A stretch of DNA of 64,000 nt from a virus (IMGVR_UViG_3300032007_000006:32001-96000); one strand, 5' to 3'; counted from the first letter of the stretch, positions 16,937 through 27,473 are shown. The notes: generated by a model from the sequence alone, not told the origin. Numbers and translations are program-made.

Positions 16937-19663
16937 TTAGTCAACTACTTCTGCAATTGACATGTCGCTGCGAATGGCACTGAACACCAGATCAACGTAC
17001 CTGATGCTTCTCACAGGCTTGCAGACAATCTTTGCACGGAAGATGCCTCTATCCATTTCATCTGGAGAAGTGACATCGGAGCCAGCAAAGATGCCATATT
17101 CCTGAAGTCCGCGGCCGCCAACAATGGAGTCGAGGAATGGAGTGATTGCAAGAACGAATTGATCGCGGGTGATGCGGTCATTCTGCTTCCACATGATCTT
17201 GCGGGCATACTGAATGATGTTGCGTTCAATATGAAGGAAGCATCTGCGGACGCCAACAAAGTTGAAGGCGCTGTTCTGTACTCTAGTCCAGTCGCCCCAG
17301 ACAACATTGCCTTCATTGCTGAAGTTTGTCACTGCATTGACGCCATTGTTGAAGAGAACATCTCTGTCGGCCTTTGATGGATAGAAGGCCAGCTTGATGC
17401 AGTTGCGGAGCTGTCTGCCACCAATGGACATCCAAGGCTCTTCTGATGCATCAACATAGGCAAACAGTCCGGCCATGTCGCCATTAAGAGGCATCCATCT
17501 GTAGCAGTCATTGTAGTTGTCATACTGATACTTGTAGTTGCCATCCATGTAGACATAGGAGCTGTTGCTGTAGAACTTGCCTGTGCCATCTGCAATTCTG
17601 TCGCAAGGATCAGTGACATTCACGCATTCCGACAGGGATGGAGATACGCAGGCCAGACAGTCCTTTCTCTTTTCTGCAAGGTCGATGATATACTGTCCAA
17701 TTTCTGGAGAGCCACCACCCTGCATGAGAAGCTGGACTTGGGTGTTGTCTGACTCTTCATTCTTGAAGAGATCCCAGGCCTTTTTGTATGCACCAACGCC
17801 ACCAACAAGATGAATGATTGGAGTGTAGTCCTTGATAAATTCCTGCTCGGTGATGACGGTTGTTGCAGTGGAGTCAACGTCATAGTCTACGCCATTGGAA
17901 TTGGTCGTTGTAACGTCAGAATACAGGGCGTCACTGCCACCAAGTTCTGTTGGATCATAGTCCATTCCGTTGGCCAGAGTTACGTCAATGTTGATCCAGG
18001 CATTTGCAAGATCCTTTCCATAGACGGATTCAAATGCTCCCTTGGAAAGATTGATGTAGTTCGACTGTTCTGAGAAGAAGTTGAACACATAGTTGTCATA
18101 TCCAGTAATGTCGAGACTTCCTGGAGTCAGACTGAAGATTCCATATTCCTTGAGAGTGAGGACTTCAAAGTTTTCATCCCAGAGGAAGACGGCCACGGCA
18201 ATGGAGTCATCTTCAAGCACCTTGTTCCCAATGTAGTCAAGAACTCTGTTCTGCGTGACGTTGGTGAGAGAAGAAATGTTTCTCTTGAACTTGTCGACCT
18301 TCTTGTAGGCATCATATGCAGGCTTATTGATGACGCTGACATGAATGCGATTGCCATACTGTCCAGGATACTTTGCAAGAGTGAGAACTTCATTCTTGCC
18401 AACGTCCTGCAGCTGAGTCTGATAGTCGCTGGAGTTCTTTACATGAAGCCTGAAGGTGCCAGACTCAACGTAGAGCTTCTTTCTGGCCAGCTGAGAAGAG
18501 CCGCCAAGATAGACTTCGATCTGTTCGCCAGTGTCTGGATCGGTGACAATTCTCTTGACTTCTTCATGATAGAGGCCATTTTCTTCAGCAAACTTGTAGC
18601 CCCAGTTCATTCCAACGCCTTCAATGTTGTACCATCCATAGACTGGATCTTTTCCATTGCCTGGCTTGAATTTGATGATGAATTCCTTTGGCTCGTTTTC
18701 TGGGGTTTCTTCATCAGCTACAATTTCATAGAACTTGTTGAGATACTTCTTGCGAAGATAGTAGTATTTCTTTGGTTCATTCTCTGCTGGCTTTGTATAG
18801 CAGACAATGACGGAGCAGATGCCAATGTCATCGAGAGTTTCTTGAGGAATTTCTCCGAGATGGCCACCAGTGGCTTCATTATCTGGACCTTCATATCCTG
18901 CATTGAGAGGAACAAGGTCAATCAAATTCTGTGGAGTGGCGCCATATGTTTCATACAGCTGCCTGCTAGTCTTTCCAATGCTGTAGACGCCATCATTGTT
19001 GGTGTATGCAACATAGTTTGGGAAGTTTGTAATGGTTGCATTGCGGATGGCGGCATCAACATTGATGTCAAGAGCCTCATTCTCCGTAATTGGAGTGTAG
19101 TAGATGCGTTCCAGAAGGGCATCATGAACTTCGCTCTGCACTTCTCCTGGAGTTGTGGCCTTGCCGGCATATTCGCCAATCTTCAGAAGATGCTGTTGAT
19201 AAAGAACTTCCTCTCCATCTGGAGCGGAAGCGGCATCGACTTTATCTTCATAATCCTCTGTAGCCTTCCATGGGAATGAAAGAACTTCATTTGGATCCTT
19301 TCCAGCATCTGCGGCGGCTTCCACAGCGGCTTGAACTTCTTCAGGCGTCATGTGCTGTGGAATAAAGGTTTTCTGTGGAATGAAGTAGGCGTTTCTTGCA
19401 GAATCCAGAACAACACGAGCAACAGCCAGAGAATTTGAATATTCCAGATAGTTCTTGGCCGTAAACCAGTCCTTGTAGTTTCTGTCAATTGGACCACCAA
19501 AGATAGTTTTCAGTCTAGCTTCATCAGAGATGCGAATAACTTCTCCTGCTGGACCCCAAGTGAAGTCGCCAGCAAGAGCGGCCGTAGTCACATCCATGTT
19601 TCCAACATATGTGGAGAGATCTTGTTCGCTGACGAATACGTCAGGAGATCCTGTTATAGCCAT
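16937..19663 (-). CDS. gp18: Tail sheath protein (gp18-like) with a large insertion
   Basis: SPDVFVSEQDLS, GDFTWGP, FTAKNYLEY, AKYPG..GN, YKYQYDNYND.YRWMPLNGDMAGL and WGD..SAFN.VGVRR motifs. Confidence 0.95.
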   Translation of the reverse strand: MAITGSPDVFVSEQDLSTYVGNMDVTTAALAGDFTWGPAGEVIRISDEARLKTIFGGPIDRNYKDWFTAKNYLEYSNSLAVARVVLDSARNAYFIPQKTFIPQHMTPEEVQAAVEAAADAGKDPNEVLSFPWKATEDYEDKVDAASAPDGEEVLYQQHLLKIGEYAGKATTPGEVQSEVHDALLERIYYTPITENEALDINVDAAIRNATITNFPNYVAYTNNDGVYSIGKTSRQLYETYGATPQNLIDLVPLNAGYEGPDNEATGGHLGEIPQETLDDIGICSVIVCYTKPAENEPKKYYYLRKKYLNKFYEIVADEETPENEPKEFIIKFKPGNGKDPVYGWYNIEGVGMNWGYKFAEENGLYHEEVKRIVTDPDTGEQIEVYLGGSSQLARKKLYVESGTFRLHVKNSSDYQTQLQDVGKNEVLTLAKYPGQYGNRIHVSVINKPAYDAYKKVDKFKRNISSLTNVTQNRVLDYIGNKVLEDDSIAVAVFLWDENFEVLTLKEYGIFSLTPGSLDITGYDNYVFNFFSEQSNYINLSKGAFESVYGKDLANAWINIDVTLANGMDYDPTELGGSDALYSDVTTTNSNGVDYDVDSTATTVITEQEFIKDYTPIIHLVGGVGAYKKAWDLFKNEESDNTQVQLLMQGGGSPEIGQYIIDLAEKRKDCLACVSPSLSECVNVTDPCDRIADGTGKFYSNSSYVYMDGNYKYQYDNYNDCYRWMPLNGDMAGLFAYVDASEEPWMSIGGRQLRNCIKLAFYPSKADRDVLFNNGVNAVTNFSNEGNVVWGDWTRVQNSAFNFVGVRRCFLHIERNIIQYARKIMWKQNDRITRDQFVLAITPFLDSIVGGRGLQEYGIFAGSDVTSPDEMDRGIFRAKIVCKPVRSIRYVDLVFSAIRSDMSIAEVVD

Positions 19664-19789
19664 ATTATATACTCCTTCTCTTTCAAAATAAGAAAGTGGG
19701 ATGGATTTTCTCTATTTAGATGATAGAGTGCATTATGCAAAAGTGTTCATTAGCGGCTTTTGTAAATATTTTAACTTTAGCGGCTTGAA

Positions 19790-22700
19790 ATGGCTTTGGA
19801 ACTGCTTCTAGAAACAAACAACTTTGAAGAATGGCTTATTAGAATCAATGAAATAATACAGGCTCTTGGAGCATCGGATGAATTATGCGAACAGATGCTT
19901 CAGGCTCTTTCCGAAGCCATTGAACGCGGTCAGGCTTCGGAATATCTTGGAAATCCATCAACCTCCATTAATGTTCCAAACGGAACAGACACTCCGACAA
20001 CAGTTAGTGGAAGCACAATCTGGTCATGGGACTGGAACGACTATGTCAAGAATGGTCTCTACTGGATCCCATGGAATGCAGAAAGAACGCTGAATCCTCC
20101 TCTTGGAAAGCAGAAGGATGGAATGTGCTGGGTTGCGTCTGGAGGAGAGAATGGTCCTACAGTGCAGCTGGCCGTTGTCATGGAAGAAACTCCCATCATT
20201 GCTGTTAGGTATGGCAGACAAGGCGTTAATGGACCAAATTGGCCAAAGAGTGGAAACGTCTATTCCTGGGTTGAAATTCCGAATAGAAAATATCTTGACA
20301 CTAATTTTCTGAACAAGACAACCACCACTCCACAGACTGTCAAGGCTGCAGTAAAAATGCTGAATGCACTGGAAGTTAATGGAGATGCCACATTCAATGA
20401 AACGGCATCAGTTGGTCAACGCTTGATAATCAAGGGAGCAAACACGTCTGTAGTAGTTCGTGGAGATTCCGACGCAAATGGAAACGGCTTCGGAAATTCT
20501 TCAATGGTAATGGAAGTTGCTCCCTCGGCAACAATGATTCCATCAACTTCATACAATCTTCCATTGTGGGATACGGCAACTGGTCAGAAAATGCCTTTCA
20601 GCGGGTTGAACAAGTATGTTGAACCTTTCTGGATAGACAAGGAAAATAGAACGGCAAACATAAACGGCACGGCAGAGTATGCAAATTTTGTAGTGCCAAC
20701 CAACATGATTTCCGAATTTAATTCTTCTAGAATAAGCCCAGACCAGATGTATCTTCCAGCAACGGCCAAAGCAGTCAAGGATCTGTATGACTGGACTAGA
20801 AAAGAATTTCTTCCATTCTCTGGCGGTGTCATAAAGGGTGTTGTCCGTCATGAGCAGGACATATTCCTTGAGCATCTGCTTGGCATTCCAGAAAACAGAA
20901 CGGCAGCCATTAGATCCACTGCAAGACCGCTTCAATTGCAGTGCCAGGGAAGTACGCACATTGTCTCCAATTCAAAGCAGGCCTGTCTGTATCTGGAAAA
21001 GGAAGATGCCGATTCGAAGGAATATACAACCGAACATCACGATGCCACGTTCGTTTTCAGAAAGGTCGTGCTGGACAAGGAACTGTGTCGTCAGTCGGAT
21101 CCAAACTTCAACGTGCTGAATTCTGATCCAGAACTGGATGGATACTGGCACTGCATGACGGAATGTGGAGAGTTTAAAGTCTTTGCCAATGGATATTGGG
21201 AATATGTTGTTGATTCTCAACGTCTGCATTCTCTTGACGCCGATGGAAAACTCAAGACTTCCATCTTCTATCGAGTTGTAAATGCAGTTGATGAAACTCC
21301 AATTGCTTCGAGATGTCAGTATGACGTTGTTTTCAGACCAGGAGATCCAGAAGTAAAGTCTGGCGACCTCTCAATAAACGATCTTCACTATCAAGTTGCA
21401 ATAACGGATACAGACTGGAAAAACTATCCAATAGTTGCTAGAAGCAAGATTTCATCTGGTTCTAGACTTGCGGATGGAACGCTGGTGACAAAGGGATCAA
21501 TTCTGAATGGAATAAGACTTGAAGAGGACTGGATTGTCAACGGTCTTCAAACTTCCTATGGAATGAAGAATGAAGATGGCGAAACGATGGCTTTATTGAC
21601 GCCAGATTCAATTATTGCAAAGGGATCCATGATTGTTGTTGACAGCGTAATCAACAGAAGAAGATGGCCAAAAAATGAAATTGTCAATTCAGACATTCGA
21701 GTAGTTGAAGATGCTGTTATAGCAAAGGGAAGCATTCTAAAAAGTGGATCTGTTATTGAATTAAATTCAGTAATTAATGGATTCCAATATACCGAACAGG
21801 AGACTGTATCTGGAGAAGAGATTACTGAAGAATCTGAACTTGCGGCTGGTTCAAACATTCTTCTTGGTTCTTTAATTGCAACGTCTTCAGCGTTGAATGG
21901 AGTTCCAGGAAAGTCTGGCTTCTATGAAGTCATTCAAGGTGCAACTTCATCAGATCTTGTCGGACAACTGGCCAGTGGATCAAGCATTCTTAAAGGATCC
22001 ATTCTCGCTCCTGGAAGCATAGTCAATGAAGTGGAATATAATGCTCCAACAACAGTCAATGCAACGATTCACGTTGTTGGAACGGCAAAAGTGGCCCACG
22101 GGACAAAACTGGCCATTGGATCATGGATTGAAGCAGGCTCTACTCTCAATGGTCTTAGATGGGCCAATGGAATGAAGGCCTACGGTCTGGACGCCGTGCT
22201 TCCCCTTTCAAAGGAAGACATTGCTCCTATTCTTTATATTAGAACATACGACAACATTCATGGAAGATGGACAGGAGAATGGCAGAAGCATTCATACAGG
22301 GACGTATTTTCCACTTTGGAGTCATTTGATGCCGAACTATGGAAAAACTGGATAATTGAACAGATTGATGCTCTTGAAATCGAGCAGGACTTCAAGAACG
22401 AAATCTTTTATGATCTTAACAAGTCTCTTTCTGATTCTTCAAGAGAATGGACATATCCAGTTAAGCAGAATCTTGATGAACTTCTTGTCAATGGAAAATA
22501 TTTGACGGATATCGTACATTTCAGTGCTCCAGACCATGTTTTTGAAACAAGATGCTATGTTGCATCGCATTCTAGAAGCATAGGCGTTGAACGACTCACT
22601 GTTCAGCCATACAGGATTCTACTGGATGAAAGTGGAGCAAGAATTGGAATAGAGCCACTTCATGATCCAGCAATGATATTCAATGAAGGAACGTCAATAA

Positions 22701-23719
22701 AAGCCTACTTCTCCGGAGAAGCGTTTGAATACTTCAACTTCAGCGTTGTTCGTGGATATGGAGCTGAATATGTCATTTCATTTGACACAAGGCTTATTCC
22801 AGAGCAGAAGAATCTCAATCAAGAAAAATTAATGGAGGCTGTTCGATTTAGGGCCTTTTCAGATGACATTAACGCATCTGGAGAGGAGATTGCCTCTTTT
22901 GAAAAGACTGTTTCACTGAATGTAGACGAAATGATGGGTGCTCCATTTGTTTTTGGAGCCAGAACAAGAACAGGCATTACTTCAACTGGCCAGCTTGGCG
23001 ATCCACTGTATGATCTTGGCTGCGTTGAAATCAATGAAGATACATTGGCCTTGAGATTGAGGAAGAAGAGCGTCACGATGCAGTCTGAAATTAAGGAAAC
23101 TACATCGCTCGTGTTCGCTCGTCTGGTTGATCCAGATGATCAAACATACTTCCCCAAGGGAACAATGCAGAAGGGAGAAGGATACGTCTTCTGTCCAACC
23201 GTTAGAAACGCAGTTGATCTTGGAACAGCCACGTTTAGGTTCAGAAACATATATCTTGCTGGAGATCCAATAGTATCTTCAGATCAATCTTTAAAGACGG
23301 ACATTGCAGACTTTCCAGAGTCATTGATGAAAAGATGGAGCAAAGTGAAGTGGACTTCCTTCAAGTTCAAGGATGCAGTGGACGCCAAGGGAAAGAAGGC
23401 CAGAATACACGCTGGCGTTGTGGCGCAGGACGTACAGAAGGCTTTGAGAGGCATGGACATTACAAAATGGTCATTCTTCTGCAAGGACAAATGGAACGAC
23501 ATGAAGGAATATGAATGGATTGACGTTCCTGCGGGAAAGGATGAATTTGGCGTATGGAGGCCAGCACATACGGAAAGACGCATTGCAACGACAGAAAAGG
23601 CTGGAGAGCAGTATTCCATCCGATATCAGGAAATGCAGTGCATTGAAAATGCTTATTTGAGAAGAGAAATTGAACTGCTAAAAAAGGAGATTGAATCTTT
23701 GAAGCAGAATATGAAATAG
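19790..23719 (+). CDS. Tail fibre/spike with C-terminal intramolecular chaperone (peptidase S74)
   Basis: N-terminal TNNFEEWLIRINE; PATAKAVKDLYD fibre motif; DLGTATFRFRNIY..SSDQSLK..IHAGVVAQ..YSIRYQE chaperone. Confidence 0.85.
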   Translation: MALELLLETNNFEEWLIRINEIIQALGASDELCEQMLQALSEAIERGQASEYLGNPSTSINVPNGTDTPTTVSGSTIWSWDWNDYVKNGLYWIPWNAERTLNPPLGKQKDGMCWVASGGENGPTVQLAVVMEETPIIAVRYGRQGVNGPNWPKSGNVYSWVEIPNRKYLDTNFLNKTTTTPQTVKAAVKMLNALEVNGDATFNETASVGQRLIIKGANTSVVVRGDSDANGNGFGNSSMVMEVAPSATMIPSTSYNLPLWDTATGQKMPFSGLNKYVEPFWIDKENRTANINGTAEYANFVVPTNMISEFNSSRISPDQMYLPATAKAVKDLYDWTRKEFLPFSGGVIKGVVRHEQDIFLEHLLGIPENRTAAIRSTARPLQLQCQGSTHIVSNSKQACLYLEKEDADSKEYTTEHHDATFVFRKVVLDKELCRQSDPNFNVLNSDPELDGYWHCMTECGEFKVFANGYWEYVVDSQRLHSLDADGKLKTSIFYRVVNAVDETPIASRCQYDVVFRPGDPEVKSGDLSINDLHYQVAITDTDWKNYPIVARSKISSGSRLADGTLVTKGSILNGIRLEEDWIVNGLQTSYGMKNEDGETMALLTPDSIIAKGSMIVVDSVINRRRWPKNEIVNSDIRVVEDAVIAKGSILKSGSVIELNSVINGFQYTEQETVSGEEITEESELAAGSNILLGSLIATSSALNGVPGKSGFYEVIQGATSSDLVGQLASGSSILKGSILAPGSIVNEVEYNAPTTVNATIHVVGTAKVAHGTKLAIGSWIEAGSTLNGLRWANGMKAYGLDAVLPLSKEDIAPILYIRTYDNIHGRWTGEWQKHSYRDVFSTLESFDAELWKNWIIEQIDALEIEQDFKNEIFYDLNKSLSDSSREWTYPVKQNLDELLVNGKYLTDIVHFSAPDHVFETRCYVASHSRSIGVERLTVQPYRILLDESGARIGIEPLHDPAMIFNEGTSIKAYFSGEAFEYFNFSVVRGYGAEYVISFDTRLIPEQKNLNQEKLMEAVRFRAFSDDINASGEEIASFEKTVSLNVDEMMGAPFVFGARTRTGITSTGQLGDPLYDLGCVEINEDTLALRLRKKSVTMQSEIKETTSLVFARLVDPDDQTYFPKGTMQKGEGYVFCPTVRNAVDLGTATFRFRNIYLAGDPIVSSDQSLKTDIADFPESLMKRWSKVKWTSFKFKDAVDAKGKKARIHAGVVAQDVQKALRGMDITKWSFFCKDKWNDMKEYEWIDVPAGKDEFGVWRPAHTERRIATTEKAGEQYSIRYQEMQCIENAYLRREIELLKKEIESLKQNMK

Positions 23720-23730
23720 AAAAGTTCGTT

Positions 23731-23758
23731 GAAAGGTGGCTTCTGCCACCTTTCTTAT
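23731..23758 (+). terminator. Rho-independent terminator
   Basis: gaaaggtggc-ttct-gccacctttc. Confidence 0.7.
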
Positions 23759-23795
23759 TGCGTAAATACAAGATACAGACCAGTCCAAATAATCA

Positions 23796-25628
23796 ATGTC
23801 TAAAACAGCGTTGACAAATAAAGTGGCCTTGGCCAGCACTGGAAACAAACTAAAGCATTGGACGCAGGCAATTCGCGATCTTTACGCAGAACTGCTTGAG
23901 TTGAAGGCTGGCGTAGTTCCAGAATATCATGCTTCAACGACGAAACAGTATGGCATAGGCGACACTTTTCGATATGGTCATCTTCGTTTGCTGGACAGAC
24001 TATTGTATCAGTTTAAGCAAAATGAAGATGGAACTTGGTGGACGCAGTCCAATATTCCAGAAATAGATGGCTATAGATGGAATGCAGTAACATGGCATTT
24101 AGGCCTTTTTGTTGCTGTTGGTTCCAATGGAAGAATTGTTACTTCTAGAGATGGCAAAGTATGGGATGACGTTCACTGGGTAGAGCGGGTTGAAACTCCA
24201 GCCAACTTTGAGTTTTTTGATGTAAAGTGGTGTGGAGACATGTTCATTGCCGTAGGCTCCTACAACTCCTTCGTATATTCCTATGATGGAACCTACTGGC
24301 ATTCTCCAATGTACGTTGGTTCAGTGTATACGGATTCAGGAGTGCTGGCCAGCGCAAACATGAATGACTTGACCATTCGTCCTACGGCTTTCAAGTCAAA
24401 AGACGCATGGAAGGGAATAGCATACGACAAAAAGACAGGACTTATCTTTCTTTGTGGTACGCAGTGCAAGACTATTGTGTGCCGGCATGTACCTACGGAA
24501 ACCGTTTCAACAATTCTGTTTGGAAATACGGAATTTCATGTTGATGGTGCTGAAAGAGACAGTCACGTTCTTAATTCCGTTGCCGCAAAGGAACTGGATG
24601 GTTCAACGTCCTTTGTTGCATGCGGCAACTGGAATGAAATGGTTCAAGGTTCTGTCAGATGGAATGCAATTGACATAACAAACATTGAATGGGGAAGGGC
24701 CGACCGTTCCCCATTGACTGTTGAAGACAACATTCATTCTGTTGCCGCAGGAACAATCAACGAAAGCACTGGATGGAATAACATTTCCGTTCAGGATGGA
24801 ACAGATGGCCGATCATATTTCGTTGCAGTTGGTTCCAATGGCCAGGCAGTAATGTCGTTGACTGGCATTGAAGATTCCTGGAACGTTCCGGTATATGAAG
24901 ATACGACTGTCAAAACAAATCTGCAATGTCAGGCCAAAGGATGGAATCTTGTTGTTTCTGCTGGATCCTGGACAAACGCACAAAATCCAAACATTATCAT
25001 GTTCAATGATTCCGTATACAAGGATACGGAAAACATGGAATTTGGCGGAGCATCGGTTTCTTCTGTTCAGCATTTCAAGACAATGGTTGACATGGGATCC
25101 TGGTTTGGTGCCGCCTATGGCGATGGCGTATTTGTTCTTGCCGGCGACAAAAACCATCTGTACTGGAGCGAAATAGAAGAGGAAGACAGCAGTGGTGCAG
25201 CTCTTTCAATTGAATTCTACAAGAGATACATTGCTGAACTTGAAGCGCGTCTCCGCGATCTTGAAGCGAAAATGATTATTACCGATCTGGCCTTCGTTGA
25301 ACTTGACAATGAAACCAGATCATTCATGTGGACAGACAATCCAGCGCACATGTTTGCAACAGGCGGAAACGTTACTCTGAACTTCATTGCGGCGCCGCAA
25401 TATATATACAAAGAAATGATGATCTATCTTGAAGCCAGACGCGATACAACTTTGTCCCTGTCTGGAGCTGGAGAATGGGAAAATGATCTTCTGCAGCCAG
25501 AATGGGGAATGGAAGGATCTCATATGGCTTTGAAGGCCATCTTTATTGGTTCTAGAGTGATTGTGCAGATTATAGACAACGACCAGCTGGCAGACAACCT
25601 TGCCCTGCTGGACGAAATTCAACCATAA
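23796..25628 (+). CDS. Tail-associated protein with beta-propeller-like repeats
   Basis: HASTTKQYG.G...YGH fibre motif; repeated FVAVGSNG..S.DG..W blades; late promoter. Confidence 0.7.
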   Translation: MSKTALTNKVALASTGNKLKHWTQAIRDLYAELLELKAGVVPEYHASTTKQYGIGDTFRYGHLRLLDRLLYQFKQNEDGTWWTQSNIPEIDGYRWNAVTWHLGLFVAVGSNGRIVTSRDGKVWDDVHWVERVETPANFEFFDVKWCGDMFIAVGSYNSFVYSYDGTYWHSPMYVGSVYTDSGVLASANMNDLTIRPTAFKSKDAWKGIAYDKKTGLIFLCGTQCKTIVCRHVPTETVSTILFGNTEFHVDGAERDSHVLNSVAAKELDGSTSFVACGNWNEMVQGSVRWNAIDITNIEWGRADRSPLTVEDNIHSVAAGTINESTGWNNISVQDGTDGRSYFVAVGSNGQAVMSLTGIEDSWNVPVYEDTTVKTNLQCQAKGWNLVVSAGSWTNAQNPNIIMFNDSVYKDTENMEFGGASVSSVQHFKTMVDMGSWFGAAYGDGVFVLAGDKNHLYWSEIEEEDSSGAALSIEFYKRYIAELEARLRDLEAKMIITDLAFVELDNETRSFMWTDNPAHMFATGGNVTLNFIAAPQYIYKEMMIYLEARRDTTLSLSGAGEWENDLLQPEWGMEGSHMALKAIFIGSRVIVQIIDNDQLADNLALLDEIQP

Positions 25629-25655
25629 TCATAAAAGCAAGGGAGAATATAGAAA

Positions 25656-26774
25656 ATGCCAGCAATATTGACTTCAAATGCATCGGTTATTGCCGCTGAA
25701 AACTTTGTAACTTCAATTCATGAAAATGATGCCAATCTCTATCTCGGCGTGGGTCGTGGATATGATGATCAGCAGATGAGCCCAGTTGGAACGAATAATC
25801 CAGTAGACGGAAAATATGATGACTACAACAGATGGACGGATGAATACACTCCGCCTACGCCGAGGGATACGCTGAATGACGTCAGCAATTTTTTGGCCAA
25901 TCTTATCGGTATAAAGAAAATCTCACCATCAAACATTATGCTTATAGTTCCCCGCAATGACTGGGCGCCAGGCAAGGTATACTATCCTGTAAACCCGGCT
26001 GCCGTTGCAGGTAAACGGGCGCAGAACTACTACTGCCTCACTTCAGATGAACGCGGAAACAACAATGTCTGGGTCTGCGTTGGCAAAAGCGATTCAGCCG
26101 CTGGATCTACTGTTGAGCCTTCTCTTGCGTATAGGGAAACAATGCACGATGAAGATCATCCAGTTGGATACCACTATATTGCAAACAATGTAGTGAAAAC
26201 TGGCGATGGATATGAATGGCTGTTCCTCTACAACATCACCACGACCATGATCAATGCAGGCCTTCTGCTTGAAAACTGGATGCCAGTTCCATACAATCAC
26301 CATGGCGTATCTGGTGGTTCAATCACTGAAACCCAGGATTTATATGGCGACATGAACGCCAATAGAACTCTTGGAGCCTACAGAGTGCTTGTAACGTGCA
26401 ATCTTGGCGATGAAGGAGATGCAATTCCATACAGCAGCATATATCGTCAAATTGGTCTGCTTGTCGATCCTCGTTCAAGCACCACTATATATAGGCATCC
26501 AAATGTTGGTGGCGATGAAAATGGTTCAAACTATCATGATCAGGGAGAAGATACCAATTCGGCCGCTGATGATGCCAATACCCATTCTGAATATCAGATG
26601 ATGGGTGCAAGACTTACTGGTGAAAGATATCCCGCAGAGCAGGTTGACACTCGTTCCGGCACGACAGAAGATTCCATTGCAAATCCTGTGCAGTGCATCT
26701 TCCTCGAAAACAAGAAGGCTGTAATGAGAGAAGAAAGTCAATCTGAAAAACTTGTAATGATACTGGTGTTCTAA
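25656..26774 (+). CDS. gp8: Baseplate wedge subunit (gp8-like)
   Basis: LYLGVGR, W.DE..PP.P.D, GIKKI....VPRNDW, TGDGYEWLFLY, WMPVP, YRQIGLLVDP and FLENKKAVMR..SQSE motifs. Confidence 0.88.
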   Translation: MPAILTSNASVIAAENFVTSIHENDANLYLGVGRGYDDQQMSPVGTNNPVDGKYDDYNRWTDEYTPPTPRDTLNDVSNFLANLIGIKKISPSNIMLIVPRNDWAPGKVYYPVNPAAVAGKRAQNYYCLTSDERGNNNVWVCVGKSDSAAGSTVEPSLAYRETMHDEDHPVGYHYIANNVVKTGDGYEWLFLYNITTTMINAGLLLENWMPVPYNHHGVSGGSITETQDLYGDMNANRTLGAYRVLVTCNLGDEGDAIPYSSIYRQIGLLVDPRSSTTIYRHPNVGGDENGSNYHDQGEDTNSAADDANTHSEYQMMGARLTGERYPAEQVDTRSGTTEDSIANPVQCIFLENKKAVMREESQSEKLVMILVF

Positions 26775-26775
26775 C

Positions 26776-26952
26776 ATGACTGTACGCGAATTAATTGGAA
26801 TGCTTGAAGACGTTGAAGAAGCAAACGCAGAGATTTTAATTGAAACCCAGGACAATATTGTTACTGAAGTGAGTCTTATTGAAGATGAAGTCTCTGATGA
26901 TGAAGGAAATACCCAGTGTCTCTATAAACTGGTAGCGGAAGAGTATCTGTAG
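26776..26952 (+). CDS. Small acidic hypothetical protein (58 aa)
   Basis: Manual translation MTVRELIGMLEDVEEANAEILIETQDN...LVAEEYL*; followed by a terminator. Confidence 0.6.
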   Translation: MTVRELIGMLEDVEEANAEILIETQDNIVTEVSLIEDEVSDDEGNTQCLYKLVAEEYL

Positions 26953-26976
26953 AACATTCTGCTAAATTTTTGAATT

Positions 26977-27001
26977 AAAGGCGGCTTTGGCCGCCTTTTT
27001 T
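26977..27001 (+). terminator. Rho-independent terminator
   Basis: aaaggcggc-tttg-gccgcctttttt. Confidence 0.75.
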
Positions 27002-27086
27002 CGCTGTTAAATTAGTTTGTCGGTCTAGTGCCTATGAAAGACTGAACAATCATATGTGGCCAATAGATGGCCTATGGAGGACAGTT

Positions 27087-27473
27087 ATGGATGATCTTAT
27101 GCTTTACATTGTTAGAGGAATTCCTGGTTCTGGAAAATCTCAAATTGCCGAGATTCTTGCTCCAGAACACCATTATGAAGCGAATGACTACTTCTACAAC
27201 GCAAAGACTGGCGAGTTTAAGTACAACCCATACGAACTGGACAAAGCCCATAAGAAATGCTTCAAAAACGTAGAAAACGCCATGATGAAAGGCGTTCCGA
27301 AAATTGCAGTGGCCAATACGTTTGTCAAAAAATGGGAATATGAACCTTATGTTGAATGCGCCACCAAACTAGGCTACACAGTATTCATCATTATCTGCAA
27401 GGGTTCTTTTATTTCTCCACACGACATTCCAGATACGAAGATTCGCAACATGATGCAGAATTTTGAATACTAA
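27087..27473 (+). CDS. P-loop nucleotide/polynucleotide kinase (AAA_33-like)
   Basis: LYIVRGIPGSGKS Walker A; EANDYF, IAVANTF..WE..PY and HDIP motifs; GGAGG RBS before the ATG at 27087. Confidence 0.85.
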   Translation: MDDLMLYIVRGIPGSGKSQIAEILAPEHHYEANDYFYNAKTGEFKYNPYELDKAHKKCFKNVENAMMKGVPKIAVANTFVKKWEYEPYVECATKLGYTVFIIICKGSFISPHDIPDTKIRNMMQNFEY

